Assembly: GCA_050329555.1 (NCBI GenBank)
Contig: JBHJOQ010000061.1
Location: 1 to 59,817 of the forward strand
Source of the DNA: Acidimicrobiia bacterium
Lineage (GTDB): Bacteria; Actinomycetota; Acidimicrobiia; Spongiisociales; ZC4RG35
Direction of reading: 5' to 3'
Length of the DNA: 59,817 nt
The position numbers and the translations under genes are program-made. This document shows positions 27,284-36,640 of the stretch, piece after piece; the stretch's first letter is position 1, and every line of letters starts with the position of its first letter. A model generated the notes under the pieces. That model was not told the origin of the DNA, searched no databases, and was given only the letters and a program-made list of their open reading frames with translations.

Positions 27284-28512
27284 GTCCTGTACCCGGCGTT
27301 GATCTCGATGTAGCCGTGGGTGAGATCACACGTCCACACGGTCGCCTCATCTCCACCGACACCGACATCGACAGTGATCTCGACTTCGTCGAGGGCGAGG
27401 TGTGCGGCGGCGACCTCCTCCCGATACCCGTCGCGGACCGTGCCCGAGGCTGCCACCTGTTCGGGGCCGATCCAGATTGCGAGCTTGTCCCGGTTTGCGG
27501 GCTGGCCGGCCTTGCCCACTGCCATGACCACCCGGCCCCAGTTGGCATCCCCGGCGGCCAGTGTGGTCTTGACCAGGGGGGAGTCCGCAATCGACCTGGC
27601 GATTGCCACTGCAGATTCCTCACTGGCGGCGCCGGTGACTTTGACCGAGACGAACTTGGTCGCTCCTTCACCGTCGCGGATGATCTGCTGGGCGAGGTCG
27701 AGTGTCACAGCCTCGAGAGCGTCCTGAAACCCCGAAAGCCTCGGATCCTCCTTGTCGGTGATGGGAGCGTCGTCGCCTGCGCCGGTGGCGAAGAGGAGCA
27801 CGGTGTCGTTGGTGGATGTGTCCGAGTCGACAGTGATCCGGTTGAAGCTCATGTCTACCGAGGCCTTCAGCGACTCCTGGAGGATCGCCGGAGCAATACC
27901 GAGGTCGGTGAAGATGAACCCGAGCATGGTCGCCATATCGGGGGCGATCATCCCGCTGCCCTTGGCGATACCGACCAATGAGGAGCCCGTCCCCGGGATC
28001 GGGGCAAAGGAGCCTTTGCTAAAGGTGTCGGTTGTGCGAATTGCGTCGGCAGCCTGCTCCCAGCCCGCGGATTCGGCGGCGCCGAGCCCGGAGAGCAGTG
28101 GGGGGATTGCAGCGGTGATCCTGTCGTCGGGCATCGGCTCGCCGATGATGCCTGTCGAGGCGACCAGTACCGAGTCAGCTGGTATCCCGAGGGCCGTTGC
28201 CACTGTCACGGCGGTGAGCTCGGCGGAGACCTCGCCGGCCTTGCCGGTGAAAGCATTGGCGTTGCCCGAGTTGCACACCAGGGCCCGTGCCGTGCCGCCG
28301 TTTTCGATGATCCTGCGGCACCACTCGACCGGAGCCGCCGGGCACAACGACCGGGTGAATACTCCGGCGACGGTGGTGCGCGGAGCCAGCGCAGCGACGA
28401 GGAGGTCGGTCCGCTGGTTCTTGCGGATGCCGGCCGCGGTCGTAGCCAGTTCGACTCCGGCGATGGACGGGAGCTCGGGGAAGTTCTCCGGAGCGAGAGG
28501 GGAGAGGGTCAT
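27280..28512 (-). CDS. argJ: Bifunctional glutamate N-acetyltransferase / amino-acid acetyltransferase
   Basis: Start MTLSPLAP (ATGA overlap with the argC stop). Autoprocessing site ATMLGFIFTD. The C-terminus ends in GYRT. Confidence 0.9.
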   Translation of the reverse strand: MTLSPLAPENFPELPSIAGVELATTAAGIRKNQRTDLLVAALAPRTTVAGVFTRSLCPAAPVEWCRRIIENGGTARALVCNSGNANAFTGKAGEVSAELTAVTVATALGIPADSVLVASTGIIGEPMPDDRITAAIPPLLSGLGAAESAGWEQAADAIRTTDTFSKGSFAPIPGTGSSLVGIAKGSGMIAPDMATMLGFIFTDLGIAPAILQESLKASVDMSFNRITVDSDTSTNDTVLLFATGAGDDAPITDKEDPRLSGFQDALEAVTLDLAQQIIRDGEGATKFVSVKVTGAASEESAVAIARSIADSPLVKTTLAAGDANWGRVVMAVGKAGQPANRDKLAIWIGPEQVAASGTVRDGYREEVAAAHLALDEVEITVDVGVGGDEATVWTCDLTHGYIEINAGYRT

Positions 28513-29543
28513 GGGTACATCCCCGCAATGGGAAGACCCGAAGTTTCGGGCAATCCGAGGGCAATGTTGGCGCACTGGATCGCCTGGCCGGCCGCCCCCT
28601 TGACCAGATTGTCCAGCGCAGAGATGGCCACGACCCAACCGGTGCGGGGATCGACTCTGGCGGTCAGGTGGACGCTGTTCGAACCGAGGGTCGACTTCGT
28701 GGATGGGGAGGTGTCGCTGACGGTAACAAACGGCTCGCCGGCGTAGAAGTCGCCGAGGCAGGCGAGGGCGTCTTCGGTCGTGAAGGAGCCGACGGGACGC
28801 CCGTAACACGTCGCGAGTATCCCCCGGCTCATGGGGGCGAGGTGGGGGGTGAAGAGAAGCTGCACCTCTTGTCCCGAGTGGCGGCCGACAACCATTTCCA
28901 TTTCCGGGGTGTGGCGGTGGTCGAGAAGGCCGTAAGCGGTGAAGTTCTCGTCGACGGCGGAAAACGTCATCTCTGGTTTGGCGGTGCGGCCGGCCCCGGA
29001 CGTCCCGCTAGCAGCGTCGACGATGATGCCTTTCGGTTCGACCAACCCGGCGCCGACCAGAGGGGCCAGGGCCAGCGAAGCTGCAGTGACATAACATCCG
29101 GATACTGCGATCTGGCCTGCCCCAGACAACTCCGACCGGAACAGCTCGGGCAAACCGGTGACGAACTCCCCGAGCAACTCGGGTTGATGGTGGGTCTCGC
29201 CGTACCACTGTTCGTAGATGCCGGAGTCGAAAAACCTGAAGTCGGCGGAAAGGTCGACGATCCGCTTGGTCGCCGCCCGGAGTTCGAGGATTATCTCCTG
29301 GGATTCCCCGTGGGGGAGAGCGACAAAGGTGACGTCGGTGCCTTCTGCGACTTCAGGTGAATACGCGCTGAACGAAAGATCACCGATGACGCCGGAAAGG
29401 TGCGGATATCTGTGCGCGATCAGAGTGCCTGCGGACGAGGCACCGGTGGCCGCCGACACCTCCAGCTCCTCATGAGCGGCGACGAGCCTGAGGATCTCGG
29501 CGCCCACGTATCCAGATGCGCCCACAATTGCGACCTTGTGCAT
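28509..29543 (-). CDS. argC: N-acetyl-gamma-glutamyl-phosphate reductase
   Basis: VGASGYVGAE at the N-terminus and the catalytic SGCYVTAA motif. First gene of the arg operon. Confidence 0.95.
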   Translation of the reverse strand: MHKVAIVGASGYVGAEILRLVAAHEELEVSAATGASSAGTLIAHRYPHLSGVIGDLSFSAYSPEVAEGTDVTFVALPHGESQEIILELRAATKRIVDLSADFRFFDSGIYEQWYGETHHQPELLGEFVTGLPELFRSELSGAGQIAVSGCYVTAASLALAPLVGAGLVEPKGIIVDAASGTSGAGRTAKPEMTFSAVDENFTAYGLLDHRHTPEMEMVVGRHSGQEVQLLFTPHLAPMSRGILATCYGRPVGSFTTEDALACLGDFYAGEPFVTVSDTSPSTKSTLGSNSVHLTARVDPRTGWVVAISALDNLVKGAAGQAIQCANIALGLPETSGLPIAGMYP

Positions 29544-29560
29544 CAGGGAACATTAACCCG

Positions 29561-29578
29561 AATGCATAAGTATGCAAG
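29561..29578 (-). promoter_or_regulatory. ARG box (ArgR operator) overlapping the putative argC promoter
   Basis: AATGCATAAGTATGCAAG is a near-palindrome close to the actinobacterial ARG-box pattern (A/T)TGCAT-N4/6-ATGCA(A/T). On the minus strand, TTGCAT (29577..29572) and TAATGT (29555..29550) form -35/-10-like hexamers 16 nt apart. The -10 ends 6 nt before the argC ATG. Confidence 0.5.
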
Positions 29579-29604
29579 TTCTTGAATATCACAGCAGGGC
29601 GCGT

Positions 29605-31242
29605 TCAGGCGGCGGCCCGGCCCACCTTGAGGATTCTCACCGGGGTCATGGGAAGGGCGAGCCCACCTTGAGCCGAGACGAGCCGGATGCTGGAGCCTTC
29701 CAACCAGTTCCAGATCAACGCCGATTCCTCGGCAGCTTCGACGGTCGGTGCCGCCTGACGGCTGGCGAGCGAACCAACCGTGGGGGTGCCCAGCAGGGGG
29801 AGGCTCCCGTCCCTCCAGGTGGTGACGAGGATTCCGTGGTCGACCAGGACGTGCTCACCCGATGCCGACACCGCCTCGAACATCCCTGCGGACTCCAGAG
29901 CGGCCCATCGCTGGCGTCGCAGGAGAGATCGGGCGAGGGCGTTGTGCCGGTCCCGGGCCCAGCTCGCCTCCTCGAATCTCTGCTCCATGGAATACTGCTC
30001 CATTCGCTCCCGGAGTGGCTCGAGGAGAACCTCCGCCTGATGGTTGAGCCCGGTGAGGAGATCGTCGATAACCCGGGAATATGCCCCGGGGTCGAGCCTG
30101 CCGTCACAAGGGCAAAGTGCTACCCCCAGCTGGGCCGGGGCGCAGCTACCACCCCTGCTGGCCGGCCTGCCCATGCAGCGCCGTACGGGGATCGCATCCC
30201 AGATCGCCGCCACCACCAGGTCCGCCGCCTTCTTGCTGCGGAACGGCCCGAGGTGGGCCAGTGCGTCTTCTTTGACCGTTCGCACCACCGACAGTCGGGG
30301 AAAACGTTCCCGGGTCACCCGGACGAAGTGCGACGACTTGGGTGGGCGGCTCCGTCGGTTGTATCGGGGTCGGTGGGCGTGGATGAGGCGTAATTCGGTG
30401 ACTTCGGCCTCGAGGACGGTGGGGCACACCTGGTGGTCTATCGACGCCATTTCCCGCATCATGTTTCCGATTGTCTTGCGGGTGTCGCCGTAGAAGTACT
30501 GCCTCACTCGCTGGCGCAGATTGGTCGCCTTGCCCACATATATCACCGCGCCGTTACGGTCCCGGAACATGTACACGCCCGGCGCAGGGGGAAGCTGGTC
30601 GGAGAGGCGGATCTTGGTGTAGTACCGGGCTCCTTTCGCTTGGGGCAAGGCAAGGAGGTCGTCGATGTTGGTGACACCAAGCGACCCGGCGCGTTCAAGC
30701 AGGCCGTGCAGCACGTGGGCGGTGGCTTTGGCATCGTCGAGAGCCCGGTGGTTGGGGACCACGGGGCTCCTGAAGAAGGCGGCGAGGCTGGCGAGTTTCA
30801 GGTTCCGGACCTCGCCCCGGATCAGCCGCCGCCCCAGCGCTGCGGTGTCGACCCGGGCATTGTCGAGTCGGGCGTAGCCGAGACGGTCGGTTGCCGCGTT
30901 GAGGAATGACATATCGAAGCGAACGTTGTGCCCGACGAGCACGGCGTCACCGATGAACTCGAGGAAGGAGGGGAGTGCAGTCTCGATCATCGGGGCGTCG
31001 TAGACCATGGCATGGGTGATCCCGGTGAGCATTGTTATCGAAGCTGGGATGGGTCCCCCCGGATCGACCAGTGTCTGAAATGAACCGACCTCCTCGCCAT
31101 GGCAGTATTTGACCGCCCCGATCTCGGTTATCTCACAGCTTGCAGGCGACCCGCCGGTGGTCTCGAGGTCGAGAATGCAGAAAGTGATGTCGAAAAGCGG
31201 AGTCGACAGGTCGTCGAAGCTGGGCTGGATGGGAAGTGCCAC
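29605..31242 (-). CDS. DEDD 3'-5' exonuclease (DnaQ-like) fused to a GIY-YIG (UvrC N-terminal-like) nuclease domain
   Basis: Exo motifs FCILDLETTG, LVGHNVRFDMSFL and HRALDDA, then GVYMFRDRNGAVIYVGKATNLRQRVRQY (GIY-YIG). GTG start at 31242. Confidence 0.8.
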   Translation of the reverse strand: MALPIQPSFDDLSTPLFDITFCILDLETTGGSPASCEITEIGAVKYCHGEEVGSFQTLVDPGGPIPASITMLTGITHAMVYDAPMIETALPSFLEFIGDAVLVGHNVRFDMSFLNAATDRLGYARLDNARVDTAALGRRLIRGEVRNLKLASLAAFFRSPVVPNHRALDDAKATAHVLHGLLERAGSLGVTNIDDLLALPQAKGARYYTKIRLSDQLPPAPGVYMFRDRNGAVIYVGKATNLRQRVRQYFYGDTRKTIGNMMREMASIDHQVCPTVLEAEVTELRLIHAHRPRYNRRSRPPKSSHFVRVTRERFPRLSVVRTVKEDALAHLGPFRSKKAADLVVAAIWDAIPVRRCMGRPASRGGSCAPAQLGVALCPCDGRLDPGAYSRVIDDLLTGLNHQAEVLLEPLRERMEQYSMEQRFEEASWARDRHNALARSLLRRQRWAALESAGMFEAVSASGEHVLVDHGILVTTWRDGSLPLLGTPTVGSLASRQAAPTVEAAEESALIWNWLEGSSIRLVSAQGGLALPMTPVRILKVGRAAA

Positions 31243-31257
31243 GCCCGGGTTACTTTA

Positions 31258-31273
31258 TCGAACATATGTTCGA
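31258..31273. promoter_or_regulatory. LexA operator (SOS box), perfect palindrome
   Basis: TCGAACATATGTTCGA is an exact match to the actinobacterial/Gram-positive SOS-box consensus TCGAAC-N4-GTTCGA. It lies 16 nt upstream of the exonuclease/GIY-YIG start. On the minus strand it abuts a TAAAGT -10-like hexamer. Confidence 0.7.
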
Positions 31274-31299
31274 CTCTGCAAGTATTAGAGTCTCAGTTC

Positions 31300-31536
31300 A
31301 TGGAACTGGTGCAGATCGGGATGTACAGCTCGTCGTCCGAGGCCAACCTGGTCAAGGCCAAGCTGGCAGCAAGCGGCGTCGATTCGATGATCCAGGCCGA
31401 CTCGGCGTCGGGGGCCGTCCCTCAACTAGAGGCGTATTCCGGGGTCAAGGTGCTGGTCCGCGCCAGTGACACCGAACTCGCCCTCGAGATCCTGGAACGG
31501 ATGCTGCCGCCGGGCACGACAGCGGGTAGGGATTGA
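31300..31536 (+). CDS. DUF2007-like small protein (putative signal-transducing fold)
   Basis: 78 aa MELVQIGMYSSSSEANLVKAKLAASGVDSMI...VLVRASDTELALEIL. Only the C-terminal part of track ORF 31099..31536 is used. TTGA overlap with the downstream trmH-like gene. Confidence 0.5.
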   Translation: MELVQIGMYSSSSEANLVKAKLAASGVDSMIQADSASGAVPQLEAYSGVKVLVRASDTELALEILERMLPPGTTAGRD

Positions 31537-32312
31537 CCGGCTACGACATATCCTCACCGGCGAACGAGCAGGTGAAGCGTCTGGTCCGTCTCCAGCAGAG
31601 GCGCCATCGCGACGAGGAGAGGCTGTTCGTGGTCGAAGAGCCCCGGATCGTCGAGCGAGCGCTCGAACGCGGCCATCTCCCCGTAGGGATCTACATCTGC
31701 CCTGACGATGCCCCGTCGAGTTTCGGGCTGACGCATGTGACCATGAGCCGCGAAGCAATCGACCGGGCATCGTATCGGCGCTCTTCGACAGGAATCATCG
31801 CCGTGTTCCCCTACTGGGACACCGGACTCGACACGCTGAACCCATCACGGGAACCTCTGCTGCTGGTGGCGGAGGGATTGGAGAAGCCAGGGAATCTCGG
31901 GGCCCTGCTCCGGATCGCCGATGGTGCCGGCGCCCACGGGGTCATCTTGGTCGAGCCGGCTGCCGACCCGTTCAACCCGAATACGGTCAGGTCGTCGACC
32001 GGGACCCTTTTCACCGTCCCCGTCGCCATCGCCGAAAGGGCCGACGTCTTCGCGTGGCTGCGCGATCACGGCATTGCCTCGGTCGCAACCTCTCCCGGCG
32101 CGGCGATGGCATATTGGGAGGCATCGTTGGCCGGGCCAGTAGCGATTTGGGTCGGGGCCGAGGCAAGCGGGCTGTCGGAGGAGGCAACCGCCAATGCGGA
32201 CTGGAGCGTATCGATACCGATGCAGGGCGGAGCGGACTCGCTGAACACCGCGGTTTCGGCAGCGCTGGTGGTCTACGAGGCAATCCGTCAGCGGCGTCAG
32301 GGAGCGGTGTAG
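31533..32312 (+). CDS. TrmH/SpoU-family RNA 2'-O-methyltransferase
   Basis: LVAEGLEKPGNLGALLRIADGAG, NPNTVRSSTG and SLNTAVSAALVVYE (SPOUT knot motifs). Confidence 0.8.
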   Translation: MTGYDISSPANEQVKRLVRLQQRRHRDEERLFVVEEPRIVERALERGHLPVGIYICPDDAPSSFGLTHVTMSREAIDRASYRRSSTGIIAVFPYWDTGLDTLNPSREPLLLVAEGLEKPGNLGALLRIADGAGAHGVILVEPAADPFNPNTVRSSTGTLFTVPVAIAERADVFAWLRDHGIASVATSPGAAMAYWEASLAGPVAIWVGAEASGLSEEATANADWSVSIPMQGGADSLNTAVSAALVVYEAIRQRRQGAV

Positions 32313-32896
32313 GTCTCGAAATGGAGGGTCTCCTCGAGAGGGCGCTGGCCCCGGTCGAGGCTTTTTGACCTCCGATCCGGTGCGGGATAGCCCAAGGTGA
32401 TCACCCCGAGCGGTGAGATTTCGCCAGGGATCGCGAGCAGTTTCCTCAGGTCCGGAATCGAATGGACGCCCAGAAATCCCGCAGCGAGCCCCTCGTCGAC
32501 TGCAGCAAGCAACACTGCCATCATCGCCGCACCTGCGTCGACCCACCAGTAGGGGACCGGCCACGGGATCTCCTCCCCGCGATCGTCGACCTTGTCCGGC
32601 TTCCGGTATCGGTCGTGATAGATCTGCTCCGATGTCGAAATCACGATGTGGGCGGGCGCCCGGGAGATCCATGGGTCGAACCCGGCTCCCACGTAGGCGG
32701 CTTCGTCGGCCAGGTTGGCGATTTCCTGGCGTCGCTGCTTGTCGGTGACCACTACGACTGAAACACCCTGGGAGTTGCCGGCGGAGGGGGCGCGGAGGGC
32801 TGCGGCCGCAACTCGGGCCAGGGTTTCGGCGTCGACCGGATCGTCTCTGTAGTTGCGCACCATGCGGCGGCGTTCCAGCACTTCTCTGAATTCCAT
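32297..32896 (-). CDS. Nitroreductase-family protein
   Basis: MEFREVLERRRMVRNY..., RAPSAGNSQG, and the C-terminal GVITLGYP pattern. Confidence 0.75.
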   Translation of the reverse strand: MEFREVLERRRMVRNYRDDPVDAETLARVAAAALRAPSAGNSQGVSVVVVTDKQRRQEIANLADEAAYVGAGFDPWISRAPAHIVISTSEQIYHDRYRKPDKVDDRGEEIPWPVPYWWVDAGAAMMAVLLAAVDEGLAAGFLGVHSIPDLRKLLAIPGEISPLGVITLGYPAPDRRSKSLDRGQRPLEETLHFETYTAP

Positions 32897-32987
32897 AGAG
32901 ACATTGTGTCATACCGCTCTAGGATGATCGGAGGGTTGGGTCTGAATCAGGGCCACCAACCGGCGGCCCGGGCAGCAGCGAAAGGCA

Positions 32988-33890
32988 GTGATGACTTCAC
33001 AATCCCTGGCGGAACAGAATGTCGTGTGGACGCGAGGGAAGGGTTGTCTCGAATTGGCGGAGATCCTGTCCACCGGCGAACCGGACCGGATTCAAGGGGA
33101 CCTGTTCCAGGGGTGTCTCGATAATCGTGCCGATTTTGTGGTCGCCAAGAAGATGCCAGGTTCCTTCGACCTCGCCAACGTCGCAGTGCCGGTCGACTTC
33201 GACCCCGAGCGCATCACCCGGGTTTCGGCGACGGTGGCCGGCGGCCCTCATTCGGAACTGGCAGTGAACACGGCTGCACACATCTCCAAGGTGCTCGGGG
33301 TGCCCCTCGAGATCGTGTCGGCCCACCAGGACGCCGAAGGCCTGGGCAATGCGATGAGGATCGTGGCCCTTTACGGCGAACGGTTCCCCGGGGCTGACAG
33401 AAGGGTGGTCCAAGCCCAGGACATGAACGAACTTGCCGACACCGCCGAAGACGGCTCACTGATGGTGGTGGGTGCTCCGGGAGGATCGTGGTTGCGACGT
33501 TCCCGCTTTGGCTCCGGTGCCCGAATCAGGGGGGCGGCTCGAGCGGGGGCCGTGATGGTCAAATCGGCGCCGGACCGGGTATACCGGTTCATGGGCGAGC
33601 CCGTCTATGTGGCGCCTCTCCTCCAGGCGGCCGACACGCTGAAACTTCACACCGAGAGTGTTCTAGCGGTTGCCGAAAAAGGGGTGCTCGTCGGGGTGGT
33701 GCGACGGGAAGATCTGAAAGGCAAAGGGAACCGGACGGTGGCGAGCGTGATGGACGATCCGGTCTCGACAAGGGTCGACGCGACCATCGAAGAGGCCCGC
33801 CCGCTGGGGGAGACATTCGGGGCCGACCCGATACCGGTCACCGACCACGACGATTATCTGGTTGGCGGTTTGTCCTTGCCAGCGGCTTGA
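32988..33890 (+). CDS. Universal-stress-like domain fused to a CBS pair
   Basis: The N-terminal 190 aa have a USP-like layout (VSATVAGGPHS..., MVVGAPGGSW). The C-terminal part has two CBS-like modules (SVLAVAEKGVLVGVVRREDL; IPVTDHDDYLVGGLS). Confidence 0.55.
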   Translation: MMTSQSLAEQNVVWTRGKGCLELAEILSTGEPDRIQGDLFQGCLDNRADFVVAKKMPGSFDLANVAVPVDFDPERITRVSATVAGGPHSELAVNTAAHISKVLGVPLEIVSAHQDAEGLGNAMRIVALYGERFPGADRRVVQAQDMNELADTAEDGSLMVVGAPGGSWLRRSRFGSGARIRGAARAGAVMVKSAPDRVYRFMGEPVYVAPLLQAADTLKLHTESVLAVAEKGVLVGVVRREDLKGKGNRTVASVMDDPVSTRVDATIEEARPLGETFGADPIPVTDHDDYLVGGLSLPAA

Positions 33891-33910
33891 AATAGGGCAG
33901 AATCAGGCCA

Positions 33911-34822
33911 GTGAACACTAAAACCTTTTTTCGCGGCCTGTTCTGGTCGGTCGTCGCCTTGGCCATTGTCTTCCATGCTGCGGGTGGCTGGTACTTCTCC
34001 GGCGAGCTGATCGACGATGCCTTCGTCATCGACCCGGACCCGATCACCGTAACCGGCGGCGACTACGAGATGGAGTTGGTCGAGTACGAGACCGAGCTCG
34101 GGTTGATGGATGCGTGGTACCTCCCTTCTGACGGAGACACGTGGGTGATTCATGTCCATGGGCTCGGTGGCACGCCGGCCGAGGCGGAGCCCCTCTTCGC
34201 TCCGCTCCAGGACGCCGGCTACCCCCAGTTGGCGATCACTTACAGAAACGACGATGGCCAACCCGAGGACCCATCGGGCTTCTACCAGTACGGGTCCACC
34301 GAACACCGCGACATCAGTGATGCGGTGGACTACGCCCTGGAGAATGGAGCTGAGCGAATCTTCATGAACGCCTACTCCACCGGCGCCGCACACACTCTCG
34401 GTTTTGCGTTCCGCGAGGTTCGGGACCGCGTCATCGGAGCCCATTTCGACTCCCCGAACATCGACTTCGGCGAAACGGTCAATCACAATGCAGCCCAGCG
34501 GGATCTGCCGATCCTGCCGTTCAAGGTCCCCGAGAGCCTGAGCGCGGTCGCCAAGTTCATGACGTCGCTGCGGATCGGCATCAGCTGGAGGACTCTTGAT
34601 TACGTGGACAGCTCCGCGCGGAGCCTCAAGATCCCGGTCCTGGTCCATCACGGCACCGCCGATCTAACGGTCCCGGTCCAGACCAGTATCGAGTTCGCCG
34701 AGAACAACCCCTCACGAGTTCAGTTGGTACAGGTAGAGGGTGCTGACCACATCGAGTCCCTCGATGTGCTCGGCGAGCAGTACACGGCGGCGATCCTGGG
34801 GTTCATCGCCAGCCTCGAGTAA
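33911..34822 (+). CDS. Membrane-anchored alpha/beta-hydrolase
   Basis: N-terminal TM helix, HVHGLGG, nucleophile elbow NAYSTGAA, and C-terminal HHGTADLTVP / GADH. Confidence 0.6.
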   Translation: MNTKTFFRGLFWSVVALAIVFHAAGGWYFSGELIDDAFVIDPDPITVTGGDYEMELVEYETELGLMDAWYLPSDGDTWVIHVHGLGGTPAEAEPLFAPLQDAGYPQLAITYRNDDGQPEDPSGFYQYGSTEHRDISDAVDYALENGAERIFMNAYSTGAAHTLGFAFREVRDRVIGAHFDSPNIDFGETVNHNAAQRDLPILPFKVPESLSAVAKFMTSLRIGISWRTLDYVDSSARSLKIPVLVHHGTADLTVPVQTSIEFAENNPSRVQLVQVEGADHIESLDVLGEQYTAAILGFIASLE

Positions 34823-34868
34823 GCCCTGGCCGACCTTCTAACCTTCACGCCAACCAGGAAGTAGGTGT

Positions 34869-35975
34869 GTGGTCGCCAGCGAAGTCATGATCCGGCTCGA
34901 GAAAGTGTCGAAGCACTACCCGGGAGCGGCCACCCCGGCCGTGGACCGTCTGAGCCTCGACGTCGGCAGGGGAGAGTTCGTGACTCTCGTTGGCCCTTCG
35001 GGATGCGGCAAGACCACGACCCTCAAGATGATCAACCGCATCATCGAGCCGACGGGCGGATCGATCCAGGTCGATGGCGTCGATGCCATGTCGGTGCCGG
35101 CACACGAGCTGCGCAGGTCGATCGGATACGTCATCCAGCAGATCGGCCTTTTTCCCCATCGGACGATCGCGCAGAACATCGCCACCGTCCCGGCGCTGCT
35201 CGGATGGGACAAGTCCCGGACCCGGGCGCGGATCTCGGAATTGATCGACGTAGTCGGGCTGGAAGCAGAGATGCTCGAACGCTACCCGGCTGAGCTATCC
35301 GGCGGGCAGCAACAGAGAGTCGGGGTCGCCCGCGCCCTGGCCGCCGACCCCCCGGTCCTGCTCATGGATGAGCCGTTTGGTGCCGTCGACCCGATTGTCC
35401 GCGGCCACCTGCAACGGGAGTTCCTCGACCTACAGGACAAGCTCGGCAAGACTGTGGTCTTCGTCACCCATGACATCGACGAGGCGATCTTTCTCGGTAC
35501 CAGGATCGCCATCCTCAACACCGGGGGAATCCTCGAACAGTACGACACCCCCGAAATGATTCTCAGCGAGCCGGCCAATCAGTTCGTCGCAGATTTTCTC
35601 GGCGGCGAGCGGGGCCTGAAACGGCTCGGGCTGCTGCCGGTCAGCTCAGCGGACATGGTGCATGGCCCGATGATCGATCGCAACGGATCGCGGGAGGATG
35701 CCGAACGGATCATGTCTGAGAACGGGATCGACTGGATCGGTGTCCTCGACGGGAAGAGGCTCCTCGGCTGGGTGGATCGAACCGACGTGCAGTCACTGGG
35801 GCCGGCAGGGGCAGAGCCCCGGCCCTTCGCCGTATCCCTCGCACCCTCGTCATCCTTGCGAGAGGCGCTGGATGCCGTTGTCACCGGCCATGCCCGGATC
35901 GCGGTTGTCGTGGAGAATGGTGAGTACCGCGGGATGCTCGACCTCGAAGCGATCGCCGAAGAAATCACCGAATGA
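34869..35975 (+). CDS. Glycine betaine/carnitine/choline-type ABC transporter ATP-binding protein with C-terminal CBS pair
   Basis: Walker A GPSGCGKTT, LSGGQQQRVGVARAL and LLMDEPFGAVD, plus a C-terminal CBS domain. GTG start is preceded by GGAAG. Confidence 0.85.
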   Translation: MVASEVMIRLEKVSKHYPGAATPAVDRLSLDVGRGEFVTLVGPSGCGKTTTLKMINRIIEPTGGSIQVDGVDAMSVPAHELRRSIGYVIQQIGLFPHRTIAQNIATVPALLGWDKSRTRARISELIDVVGLEAEMLERYPAELSGGQQQRVGVARALAADPPVLLMDEPFGAVDPIVRGHLQREFLDLQDKLGKTVVFVTHDIDEAIFLGTRIAILNTGGILEQYDTPEMILSEPANQFVADFLGGERGLKRLGLLPVSSADMVHGPMIDRNGSREDAERIMSENGIDWIGVLDGKRLLGWVDRTDVQSLGPAGAEPRPFAVSLAPSSSLREALDAVVTGHARIAVVVENGEYRGMLDLEAIAEEITE

Positions 35976-36640
35976 GCTCTGTCCTGGCGCAGTCCGGCCC
36001 CCTCATCGACTGGACGTGGGTCGAGAGGAACATGGCTCAGATCGTCGAACGGACCTGGGAGCACCTGACACTCACCGGGATCTCGGTAGGCCTCGGGCTG
36101 CTCATCTCCGTCGGCCTGACGATGATCGTGCTCCGCTGGCGGTGGACCTATCCGTCGATCACAGGGTTCACCGGTCTGCTCTACACCATTCCCTCCCTTG
36201 CCCTCTTTGCCCTGTTGGTCCCGTTCACCGGGCTTAGCGACACCACCGCGATCATCGCCCTCACCTCGTACACGCTCTTCATCCTCATCCGGAACATCGT
36301 CGCCGGGATCGATGGTGTGCCTGAGGCCGTCAAGGAGGCTGCTGACGGAATGGGTTACACCGCACGGTCCCGGTTCTGGAAGATGGAGGTTCCCCTCGCC
36401 CTTCCTGTGATCATGGCCGGGCTGCGGATCGCGACCGTCACAACAGTGGGCCTGGTGACCGTGACCGCTGTGATCGGACTGGGCGGGTACGGCTTCTTCA
36501 TCCTTCGTGGCCTGAACACCTTCTTCTGGACCCAGATGATCGCAGGTGTCGTGCTGTCTGTGGTGCTCGCCACCGTCCTCGACCTTGCCTTCATCGCCTT
36601 GCAGCGCCTGTTGAGCCCGTGGGCGAAAGCGAACACCTGA
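35972..36640 (+). CDS. Osmoprotectant ABC transporter permease
   Basis: BPD-type permease with EAADGMGYTARSRFWKMEVPLALPVIMAG (EAA loop). ATGA overlap upstream. Confidence 0.8.
   Translation: MSSVLAQSGPLIDWTWVERNMAQIVERTWEHLTLTGISVGLGLLISVGLTMIVLRWRWTYPSITGFTGLLYTIPSLALFALLVPFTGLSDTTAIIALTSYTLFILIRNIVAGIDGVPEAVKEAADGMGYTARSRFWKMEVPLALPVIMAGLRIATVTTVGLVTVTAVIGLGGYGFFILRGLNTFFWTQMIAGVVLSVVLATVLDLAFIALQRLLSPWAKANT

Noticed and set aside
31289-31298. A 10-nt match (GAGTCTCAGT) to the terminal 19-nt repeat, located next to the SOS box
   Set aside because: A single 10-mer match in 120 kb of two-strand sequence is within chance expectation. Nothing matches beyond 10 nt.
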